A stretch of DNA of 41,997 nucleotides from Desulfobulbus propionicus (GTDB taxonomy: Bacteria; Desulfobacterota; Dissulfuribacteria; Dissulfuribacterales; DYLC01): assembly GCA_020722285.1 (NCBI GenBank), contig DYLC01000002.1:1-41997 (forward strand), given 5' to 3'. The notes under the pieces are model-generated. The model worked only from the letters and a program-made list of their open reading frames with translations. It made no database searches and was not told where the DNA came from. The translations under genes and the position numbers were made by a program. Shown piece after piece: positions 7,730 through 15,935 of the stretch; positions within the stretch are counted from its first letter, which is position 1, and each line of letters begins with the position of its first letter.

Positions 7730-8771
7730 CTTCTGCGTCGAGCAAATCATCAGAGGGTTTACCTCTATGTGAGCCAAGAAATTGAATGTTATAGTTTTTG
7801 ATTTTATACAGCAGGGCAGGAAGGCTTATTTCAAGTATCTGCGCTGCCTGTGTCTTGTTACCTTTAGTGCGAACTATTGCCTTTTGAATGAGTTGAGTCT
7901 CCAAGATGCGTGAACGTTTTTTGATAGAAAGTTCTTCGTCATCTATTTCTGTTGGACTTGCTTCACATAGCCCACACAGTCTGAAGATGTCTTCCTTTAC
8001 AATGGTGTCGCCTTCCGTCAGGATAATTGCCCGCTCCATAGCAGTTTCAAGCTCTTTAATATTGCCAGGCCAATTGTAGTCCATGAGTCTTTTCAGTATT
8101 AACGGGTTGATGGCTACCACATTTGTTTTGTATTTCTGGTTGATTTCTTTGATTAAATGAGTGATCAGTAGGCTCATGTCTTCCTTTCGTTCTCTGAGTG
8201 GCGGAATGTCAAGGATGATGACCCCAAGGTTGAAAAAAAGCTCATAATTAAAGTTGCCATTTTTGACCTCTTCAGCGAGGCTTGTAGTTGTTGACGACAT
8301 TATTCTGATATCAGTAGAGACCTTGTGATTGCAGCCTTCAACACTGAGGGCAGCCTCGTTCATAATTGCCAAGAGTCTGGCCTGCATTGATGGAGATAAG
8401 GTATGTACTTCATCAAGAAAGATAGTACCTCCGTCTGCAATCTCAAGAATTGCTTTTTTAGTCTCTTTTTCTGTTTTTTTCTGGCAAGAACATGCAAAAA
8501 AATCTCTTTCAAGCTCGTCCTGGTCGCACAGGTCACATTTTATATGAACAAAAGGCTTGTCAGCTCTTGGGCTGTTGAAGTGTATTGTCTTGGCAAGCTG
8601 TTCTTTCTCCGTCCCTCGTTCGCCAAGAAACAAGACAGGGGCGTCAAATGCAATGGTTTTTTTGATTACATCATGAATCGCCTTTATTTTGTTGTTTTCA
8701 GAGATCAGGTTTTCCATGGCATATTTTGGATGCAGAGTTGAGTTTTTTTGAAATATTGTCAAGTTGGCCAT
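7722..8771 (-). CDS. sigma54-activator (bEBP/NtrC-family) AAA+ protein with Fis-type HTH, without sensor domain, GAFTGA loop absent
   Basis: Walker A-like GERGTEKE (canonical GESGTGKE). Walker B GGTIFLDEV. LRERKEDM and WPGNIKELE are present. C-terminal HTH GNKTQAAQILEISLPALLYKIK. FFACSCQKK sits where ELFGHEKGAFTGA is expected. Confidence 0.8.
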   Translation of the reverse strand: MANLTIFQKNSTLHPKYAMENLISENNKIKAIHDVIKKTIAFDAPVLFLGERGTEKEQLAKTIHFNSPRADKPFVHIKCDLCDQDELERDFFACSCQKKTEKETKKAILEIADGGTIFLDEVHTLSPSMQARLLAIMNEAALSVEGCNHKVSTDIRIMSSTTTSLAEEVKNGNFNYELFFNLGVIILDIPPLRERKEDMSLLITHLIKEINQKYKTNVVAINPLILKRLMDYNWPGNIKELETAMERAIILTEGDTIVKEDIFRLCGLCEASPTEIDDEELSIKKRSRILETQLIQKAIVRTKGNKTQAAQILEISLPALLYKIKNYNIQFLGSHRGKPSDDLLDAEDE

Positions 8772-8819
8772 AATGCTTCCTTCTTTGATTTTTTTTTATA
8801 ATAGTCACAAAGTTATTTG

Positions 8820-9590
8820 CTAAGTAACATACCAAGAAATTATTTTTTGTCCATAAAAAATCATCACGATAGCTGAAAAAGATAAAAATGGCCCAAAAGG
8901 AACAGCAGTTTTTGTCCCGTGTTTTTCTTTTAACATAAAAAAAATGCCAACGATTGCGCCTGTCATAGAACTTATGATAATTATAAAAGGAATGGACTGC
9001 CAGCCAAGAAATGCCCCAAGCATTGCAATCAGTTTAATATCTCCTCCACCCATACCCTCTTTGCCTGTAAATTTTAAGTATGCATATGAGATCATCCAGA
9101 AAGCACCGCCTCCCATAACAATACCTATCAGGGAGTCGATATAATTAGGTTGGGTTAAAACAAAGGAGCTTGTAAATCCTGCGGCGATTCCAGGAAGCGA
9201 GATGACATCTGGTATGATGTAGTGTTTAAGGTCAATAAATGTAATGGTCACAAGACTTGAAACAAAGATGCAATAAATAAAGAACTCTGCAGTAAAGCCA
9301 AATTTATTCCAGAGAAGCATGTAAAGGACAGCGTTTAGCCCTTCAACTATCGGATATTGAACGGATATTTTTTCTCCACAGCCCTTACATTTGCCGCTAA
9401 GCATGATGTAGCTTACAAGAGGAATGTTTTCTGTCGCACGTATTTTGCGGCCACATTTTGTGCATGCAGAAGGGGGGCTTACAATGGATACACCAATGGG
9501 CAGTCTGTATATGCAGACATTTAAGAAGCTTCCGATGCAGGCTCCAAAAATAAAGACATACAAATTTTGCAAGATATTTATTGCATCCAT
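8820..9590 (-). CDS. pilD: prepilin peptidase / N-methyltransferase (A24 family)
   Basis: Two CxxC pairs (CTKCG, CKGCG), polytopic TM profile, and catalytic Asp contexts IIPDVISL and GGGDIKL. Confidence 0.92.
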   Translation of the reverse strand: MDAINILQNLYVFIFGACIGSFLNVCIYRLPIGVSIVSPPSACTKCGRKIRATENIPLVSYIMLSGKCKGCGEKISVQYPIVEGLNAVLYMLLWNKFGFTAEFFIYCIFVSSLVTITFIDLKHYIIPDVISLPGIAAGFTSSFVLTQPNYIDSLIGIVMGGGAFWMISYAYLKFTGKEGMGGGDIKLIAMLGAFLGWQSIPFIIIISSMTGAIVGIFFMLKEKHGTKTAVPFGPFLSFSAIVMIFYGQKIISWYVT

Positions 9591-9605
9591 GGGATATCCT
9601 CTATG

Positions 9606-11402
9606 TCAGGATTTCAGGATACTTAGAAATGCCTCCTGAGGCACTTCCACCTGTCCTAATTGTTTCATGCGCTTTTTGCCTTCTTTTTGTTTTTCAAGGA
9701 GTTTTCTCTTGCGTGTAACGTCGCCGCCGTAACACTTGGCAAGTACATCCTTTCTTAGAGGGGCGATTCTTTCCTTGGCGATGATCTTGTTGCCGATTGC
9801 TGCCTGGATCACTACCTCAAACATTTGGCGTGGTATTTCCTTCCGCAGTTTTTCTGCAATATCCTTGCCTTTGTAATAGGCTTTGTCTTTATGGATAATT
9901 AATGACAGTGCATCTACCGGTTGTTTGTTGATAAGGATATCCATTTTGACAAGCTCTGATGGTTTGTAGTCCTGAAATTCATAATCAATAGAGGCGTATC
10001 CACGGCTGATGGATTTAAGTCTGTCATAAAAATCCATTACGATCTCGTTAAATGGAAGATCGTATGTAAGCACTGCCTTGTTTTCCGAGATGAACCGCAT
10101 ATCTTTTTGTATGCCTCTTTTCTCTTCGCACAGAGTGATGATGCCTCCGAGATATTCCTTGGGGGTATAGACTTCCATTTTAACATATGGTTCTGATATT
10201 AAGGAAATCTGATCTGTTTTGGGCATTTGACTGGGGTTATAAAGTATTATCTCCTCTCCGTTTTTATGTAGAATTTTGACAGGCACAGATGGTGCTGTGC
10301 TGATAAGAGAAAGTCCAAACTCCCGCTCAAGCCTTTCCTGAACGATTTCCATGTGAAGAAGCCCTAAAAAGCCACATCGGAAACCAAAACCAAGTGCAGT
10401 CGAGCTTTCTACTTCATAGGAAAAAGCAGGATCGTTCAGCCAAAGTTTTTCGACAGCCTCCTTTAATAAGTCGTATTGGGCAGTGTCAACTGGGTAAAGC
10501 CCGCTGAAGACCATTGGCTTGACAGGTTTGAACCCTGGAAGAGGTGAAGTTGCTGGCAGTTTTTCGTCGGTAAGGGTGTCACCTATTTTTGTGTCCCTTA
10601 CCTGTTTTATCCCTGCTGTTATAAAGCCTACCTCGCCAGGCCCTAAAAATGCCACATCGACCGGCTCGGGCGTAAAGACACCAACTCTGTCCACTTCATA
10701 GGTGATTTGGTTGGCCATCATCATTATCTTCAGACCTTTGGTGATAATGCCATTTACTACCCTTATCATGACTACAGTTCCTTGATATGGGTCAAACCAT
10801 GAGTCGAAAATAAGGGCTTGCAAAGGTTTGCCTGGATCGCCTTCTGGTGGAGGAACCTGTTGGACAATAGCCTCAAGGACATCTACAACGCCAAGGCCTG
10901 TCTTTGCAGATACAAGCAGCGCATCTTTGGTGTCAAGCCCAATCACATCTTCAATTTCTTTTTTGACCCTTTCAGACTCAGCGCTGGGCAGATCTACTTT
11001 GTTGAGCACAGGAATGACTTCAAGGTTATTTTCAATAGCTAAGTAAACATTGGCCAGGGTTTGAGCCTCGACTCCTTGTGTGGCATCTACAACGAGGAGC
11101 GCTCCTTCACAAGCTGCAAGGCTCCTTGACACCTCATATGAAAAGTCAACATGTCCTGGTGTGTCAATCAGGTTAAGAATGTAGGTCTGGCCTGTTTTGT
11201 CTTGGTATGTTATTCTGACAGACTGAGCCTTGATCGTTATGCCCCGTTCACGTTCAATATCCATTTTGTCCAGAAATTGTTCTCTCATTTGTCTGCTTGA
11301 GACAGTTTTTGTAATTTCAAGTATTCTATCCGCAAGAGTGGATTTACCATGATCTACATGGGCAATAATGGAAAAGTTCCTGATTTTATTTAGTTCTGTC
11401 AT
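9606..11402 (-). CDS. lepA: translation elongation factor 4
   Basis: N-terminus [33 protein letters not shown], 598 aa, and a conserved LepA C-terminal domain. Confidence 0.97.
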   Translation of the reverse strand: MTELNKIRNFSIIAHVDHGKSTLADRILEITKTVSSRQMREQFLDKMDIERERGITIKAQSVRITYQDKTGQTYILNLIDTPGHVDFSYEVSRSLAACEGALLVVDATQGVEAQTLANVYLAIENNLEVIPVLNKVDLPSAESERVKKEIEDVIGLDTKDALLVSAKTGLGVVDVLEAIVQQVPPPEGDPGKPLQALIFDSWFDPYQGTVVMIRVVNGIITKGLKIMMMANQITYEVDRVGVFTPEPVDVAFLGPGEVGFITAGIKQVRDTKIGDTLTDEKLPATSPLPGFKPVKPMVFSGLYPVDTAQYDLLKEAVEKLWLNDPAFSYEVESSTALGFGFRCGFLGLLHMEIVQERLEREFGLSLISTAPSVPVKILHKNGEEIILYNPSQMPKTDQISLISEPYVKMEVYTPKEYLGGIITLCEEKRGIQKDMRFISENKAVLTYDLPFNEIVMDFYDRLKSISRGYASIDYEFQDYKPSELVKMDILINKQPVDALSLIIHKDKAYYKGKDIAEKLRKEIPRQMFEVVIQAAIGNKIIAKERIAPLRKDVLAKCYGGDVTRKRKLLEKQKEGKKRMKQLGQVEVPQEAFLSILKS

Positions 11403-11578
11403 GTGTTCCTTTCTATGTTTGAATATGTTGAGGAGTATAATGTCATTTTTTAATTTACAAAACCAGCATTTTGTTTATAAAGAAAAATAATACTTCTGCC
11501 GATTATTTGATTTAAGGGAGAGGTCTTAAACGTAACTTCACTATAACTTAACAGGGCAGTAATTCACAATCAGAAAAT

Positions 11579-12658
11579 ATGAAATTAACCTCATTGAACA
11601 TCTTTGGTTTAGGCAGCAGTGCTGCCCCAACTTTAGGTCTTGATATTGGCTCGCACTCAATTAAGCTGGTCGAGCTAACAGGATCAGAAGGGAGCCGTAC
11701 CGTCAGGCGTATTGGAATGGCACGGCTTCCAAGAGGGGTTATCTCAGAGGGCATGATAAAAGAGCCGGAGTTTCTGATAGATACCCTCAAGCTGCTTTTG
11801 AACAATCTTGATCCCAGAATAAAACGTGCATCTGTGTCTATTGCTGGTTATTCGGTTATCGTTAAAAGGATAACTGTTCCATACGCTACAGAGAGAGAGA
11901 TTGAGGATAATCTTGCAATTGAGGCAGAAAATTATGTGCCGTTTGAGATAGATGAGGTGTATCTGGATTTTCACATAATACCAACCAGCATACCCTCTAC
12001 AGAAAACAGTTCAGAGATATTTCTTGTCGTTGCTAAAAAGGAAATTGTTGATGGTTACGCCTCAGTCTTGCAGTCAGTTGGGCTTATTCCCTCAGTCGTG
12101 GATGTGGATACTTTTGCATTGGGTAATGCCTTTGAGTGTGTTTATGGAGTTGAGGATGACGCTGCTGCAATTATTGACATCGGTTCTACCAAGGCGTGTT
12201 GTACAGTGATGTATAGAGGCCAGTCGCTGTTTACGCGGGATATGCCTATTGGTGGAACTCAACTTACTGATGCTATACAGGAAAATGTGGGAATTGAGTC
12301 TGTGGAGGCTGAAAGGGTAAAAATTTCCGGAAGCTCAGATCAGGCTATTGCATATGAAGTTGCAATGATATGTAATGAATACTGTGGAATGTGGGCAGAT
12401 GAATTTAAGAAAGCCCTATTGTTTTACAATGACAATACCTCATTTGAGCAACAGGTCAAAAAGGTCTTTCTTTGTGGTGGAGCCTCCAGGATGAAAGGTC
12501 TTGATGAAAAGTTCAGGCGATACATCAAAGGTCTTGAGGTGTCGATTTTTAATCCTTTCATGGGGATGAGTTTGGATAAACATATCACTAAGGAGTATAT
12601 CGCGGAGGTGTCCCCTCAATTCGCTATAGCCCTTGGGCTGGCTCTTAGGACCGCTTAA
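11579..12658 (+). CDS. pilM: type IV pilus assembly protein PilM (actin-like ATPase fold)
   Basis: LGLDIGSHSIKLVEL start of the actin-like fold, ~359 aa, first gene of a pilMNOP-secretin run. Confidence 0.9.
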   Translation: MKLTSLNIFGLGSSAAPTLGLDIGSHSIKLVELTGSEGSRTVRRIGMARLPRGVISEGMIKEPEFLIDTLKLLLNNLDPRIKRASVSIAGYSVIVKRITVPYATEREIEDNLAIEAENYVPFEIDEVYLDFHIIPTSIPSTENSSEIFLVVAKKEIVDGYASVLQSVGLIPSVVDVDTFALGNAFECVYGVEDDAAAIIDIGSTKACCTVMYRGQSLFTRDMPIGGTQLTDAIQENVGIESVEAERVKISGSSDQAIAYEVAMICNEYCGMWADEFKKALLFYNDNTSFEQQVKKVFLCGGASRMKGLDEKFRRYIKGLEVSIFNPFMGMSLDKHITKEYIAEVSPQFAIALGLALRTA

Positions 12659-12660
12659 CT

Positions 12661-13326
12661 ATGATCAAGATAAATCTCTTACCAGTCAGGGAGTGGCGTC
12701 GCCGAGAACAGGTCAGGATGCAGATTACTGTATTTGTCCTGTCGGTGATCTTTTTAATCACCTGTCTTGCTAGTGCGTCGGTTTTTTTAAAAGGTCAGGT
12801 TTTTTCAAAGCGCCAGCAAAAAGAAAAGCTTGAAACCAAAAAAAAAGAACTTGATATTGTTGAAAAAACTATTGCGCAGCTTAAGACTAAAGCAGAGGAA
12901 GTTGAGGGCAAATTTAATACAGTTGAAGGCCTGCAGAAGGAGCGTACGCTTTTGATCGAGTCTCTTGATGCAATAGTTGATGTTATACCAGAAGAAAGAA
13001 TGTGGTTTCAAAAGCTTATTCTAAAGGGTGGCAGTTTACAGCTTTCAGGAATAGCACTTGATAACCAGACCATTGCGTCTTTTATGAAGAGAATGGAGGC
13101 CCTCGCAGTGGTTAAAAACGTAGGGTTAAATAGTATAAAAAGAATCACATATAATGTGCCAGGTGAAAAAAACGCTAAGGGATCTACCGGGTATGAACTT
13201 ATGGAGTTCTCTCTGGAAATAGCAGTTGAGCCTTCTTCAAAGAATGCATCCAAAACAGACAAGCAGATGTCTGTATCTACACAACCCACTAAAAAAGATA
13301 AAGATCAACAGAAAAAGGGCATATGA
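12661..13326 (+). CDS. pilN: type IV pilus assembly protein PilN
   Basis: MIKINLLPVREWRR motif, one TM, a coiled coil, and position directly after pilM. Confidence 0.88.
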   Translation: MIKINLLPVREWRRREQVRMQITVFVLSVIFLITCLASASVFLKGQVFSKRQQKEKLETKKKELDIVEKTIAQLKTKAEEVEGKFNTVEGLQKERTLLIESLDAIVDVIPEERMWFQKLILKGGSLQLSGIALDNQTIASFMKRMEALAVVKNVGLNSIKRITYNVPGEKNAKGSTGYELMEFSLEIAVEPSSKNASKTDKQMSVSTQPTKKDKDQQKKGI

Positions 13327-14096
13327 AATCATTATCTCTATCTTCGATGAAGTTTCAGATACCGCTAAAATGGATCCAGTATGTTTATGCTGTTCCTTTG
13401 TGGCAAAAGCTTGCAGTCCTTGCTGCAGCATGGGTTGTGCCTATTGCAATATTTATCGGTTTGATTGCTTATCCCTCATGGCAGGAGATTTTAGAGCTCA
13501 ACAAGGCAATTGGTGTTCTGACAGAAGACGTGCGTTATCTTGAGTCTCGTAAACAGACTATTCCCAAGTTGCAGGATGAGATAACTGCAATGGAGCAGAT
13601 ATTGTCTGACGCACTCATGCTTTTGCCAGATAAGAAAAACGTGCCATCAATCCTCTCTGAAATTTCTACCTTGGGTAATGAAGTGAAGATGGATTTCACT
13701 GAATTTAAGCCGGAAAATGAGGTTATTAAACAGTTTTACGCTGAAATTCCAATGACCCTCAAAATGAATGGCGCTTTTTATAACACCATGTTCTTTTTTG
13801 ACAAAATTTCCAAGATGGCAAGAATTGTAAATGTCAAGGAGATCACTCTTGGCGGGGCAAAGCTTGCAAAAGAAATTATGAGCCAGAAGGCTGTATCCTC
13901 TGTTCTAAAATCTACTGAGGCAGTGGTAGAAGGTAGCGCAGCGCCAGGGTCAGAATCTTCAGCAGATGGAGGAGGAGTACTCCCTGATACATATGTTCTT
14001 TCAGCTGACTGCAGGCTTATGACGTATAGATTTTTGTCACCAGAAGAAATAAAGGCGCAGGAAGATGCAAAAAAAACAAGTGAAAAAAAGAAATGA
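13323..14096 (+). CDS. pilO: type IV pilus assembly protein PilO (with extended C-terminal tail)
   Basis: ATGA overlap with pilN, one TM, a coiled coil and a ferredoxin-like region (FYAEIPMTLKMNGAFYNTMFFFDKISKMARIVNV). About 50 extra Ser/Gly/Lys-rich residues at the C-terminus. Confidence 0.8.
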   Translation: MKSLSLSSMKFQIPLKWIQYVYAVPLWQKLAVLAAAWVVPIAIFIGLIAYPSWQEILELNKAIGVLTEDVRYLESRKQTIPKLQDEITAMEQILSDALMLLPDKKNVPSILSEISTLGNEVKMDFTEFKPENEVIKQFYAEIPMTLKMNGAFYNTMFFFDKISKMARIVNVKEITLGGAKLAKEIMSQKAVSSVLKSTEAVVEGSAAPGSESSADGGGVLPDTYVLSADCRLMTYRFLSPEEIKAQEDAKKTSEKKK

Positions 14097-14109
14097 TGGA
14101 CATGCGCTT

Positions 14110-14655
14110 ATGAAAAAAAGGAGATATTTACCCCTTATTATTTGTTTTACTTTGATGTCCTTGACAGGTTGTCAGTTGCTGGATATGGGGCAGCATGATG
14201 TACAGCCTAAAAAGGTCGAAATGGTTTCATATGCAGCCAAGGTGGATGATTTTAGCAAAAGGCTAAATGAGATGTTAAACGGCATTGGCTATAAATACAC
14301 TCCAGGTGGCAAGCCTGATCCTTTTGTGCCTATTTTTCAGAGCGATGTGACGGTTTCAACCGCTGAGGTTAAATCCAAAAAACAATCCAAGTGTTTGACA
14401 CCTCTTGATTGTATTGATGTAGGTCAGTTGACGCTTGTTGCGATTGTTACCAACAATTATGGGCAGCGGATTGCAATGGCAGAAGATGCATCTACGCTTG
14501 GTTATGTTTTGACTGAGGGGATGTCAATAGGTTCAAATGATGGTAAGATCGTTGAGATTGCTCCTGACAGGGTGATTGTACACGAAAAAGGCAAGGATGT
14601 GCGTGGCAATCTTGCCACTATAGAGCGAAATCTTTTTTTGCATATAAAGGAGTAA
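14110..14655 (+). CDS. pilP: type IV pilus assembly lipoprotein PilP
   Basis: The internal ATG at 14110 gives MKKRRYLPLIICFTLMSLTGC (lipobox LTGC). Also GKPDPFVP and a C-terminal beta-sandwich pattern (LTLVAIV...RIAMAEDASTLGYVLTEGMSIG...GKIVEI). Confidence 0.82.
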   Translation: MKKRRYLPLIICFTLMSLTGCQLLDMGQHDVQPKKVEMVSYAAKVDDFSKRLNEMLNGIGYKYTPGGKPDPFVPIFQSDVTVSTAEVKSKKQSKCLTPLDCIDVGQLTLVAIVTNNYGQRIAMAEDASTLGYVLTEGMSIGSNDGKIVEIAPDRVIVHEKGKDVRGNLATIERNLFLHIKE

Positions 14656-14659
14656 TTTT

Positions 14660-15913
14660 ATGCTGCAAGGCATTACTCATTATAAAAAGCTTTGCGTTAC
14701 AGTATCTCTCGGCATGTTGTGTGGCATGGTTGCTGGTGCGTATGGGTCAACAACTGCTGAATTGAACAAGGCTGCTTCTGGAGTGGGCAGTTGGGTTGGT
14801 GAGCTTGAAAAACAGGCCCCCAAAAGCCCTGTAACCACAGCAGTGCCTATTGATCAGAACAAGCAGAATGTTGTTGATGTGTTCCCTCTTAACCCTGACA
14901 GGCCATTAAACAGGCCTGATGCAGAAAAAATAATAACAGTGGATTTCTACAAAACAGATCTTCATAATGTTTTCAGGCTTCTTGGTGAGGTTAGTGGTAA
15001 GAATATTGTTGTAGATGAAGAGGTAAATGGGACATTGACCCTTGCTTTACAGGAGGTGCCATGGCCTTTTGTGCTTGATATTGTAAAAAGTTTGAAAGAT
15101 TTGAAGAGCCTTGAGCAGAATAATACAATAATGATTTATCCAAGTAAGAAAGATGTTACATGGAGCCAGGCTCAGGCAGGTGAAGAACAACTTGAAATCA
15201 AAGAGGGAGAAAGTCAACTTGAGGTCAAGCCGCAGCAAGGGCTTGAGGTGGTTGAGGCAGAGAAACCTGAACTGATCGTCGCAAAGGCAGAAGGGATGAT
15301 TCAGACCTCTGTCGAAGATGTAGTTAAGGCTCAGGAGATTATGGAGCAGGCCTATCAGAAAGAAAAACAGGGGGATTACAATGCAGCCTTGCCGTTATAT
15401 CTGAAGGCTTCTGATATCTGGGTTGAAAACATTCAGTTGATAAAAAAAATAGCCTCATTGAATCTTGCAAGAGATGGTGAAGGCGTGACTGTGCTGAATG
15501 TAATTAAGAGAGGGTTGCGTTTTGCAAAGGATGATGCAGAGCTTTCCATGTATGCTGCCATGGCTGCTTCAAAACTCAATAAGAATGATGAGGCCAAGAT
15601 GTACTTTGACAAGGCCGCTTCATCTAAAGACGCACTTCCTTCGATATTGTACAATTATGCAGTTTTTTGTTTTTCAGCGGGCTATTATGATGATGTGATT
15701 AGAGCTATTAACAGACTTGAGATGTCAGGGGCCATATCTCCACATGCAATTGTTCTTAAGGCCATGACGTATGAAAAACTCAACAATACAGATCTTGCTG
15801 TTAAATATTACCAGCAAATCTCGCAACATGCTGGTTCTGTTCCAAAAGTTCTGTCTGAGCATGCAACACTAAGGCTTAATGCTTTAGTAAATGAGAATAA
15901 AATAGCGAATTAG
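14660..15913 (+). CDS. secreted protein: PilQ-type N0/STN domain fused to TPR repeats
   Basis: AAGGAG RBS and a signal peptide. ITVDFYKTDLHNVFRLLGEVSGKNIVVDEEVNGTLTLALQEVPWPFVLDIVKSL matches the secretin N0 domain pattern. An acidic linker follows, then TPR-like helices (YNAALPLYLKA..., AKMYFDKAA..., AVKYYQQI). Confidence 0.7.
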   Translation: MLQGITHYKKLCVTVSLGMLCGMVAGAYGSTTAELNKAASGVGSWVGELEKQAPKSPVTTAVPIDQNKQNVVDVFPLNPDRPLNRPDAEKIITVDFYKTDLHNVFRLLGEVSGKNIVVDEEVNGTLTLALQEVPWPFVLDIVKSLKDLKSLEQNNTIMIYPSKKDVTWSQAQAGEEQLEIKEGESQLEVKPQQGLEVVEAEKPELIVAKAEGMIQTSVEDVVKAQEIMEQAYQKEKQGDYNAALPLYLKASDIWVENIQLIKKIASLNLARDGEGVTVLNVIKRGLRFAKDDAELSMYAAMAASKLNKNDEAKMYFDKAASSKDALPSILYNYAVFCFSAGYYDDVIRAINRLEMSGAISPHAIVLKAMTYEKLNNTDLAVKYYQQISQHAGSVPKVLSEHATLRLNALVNENKIAN

Positions 15914-15935
15914 AGTATTGGAGGGCAAGGCGGCC

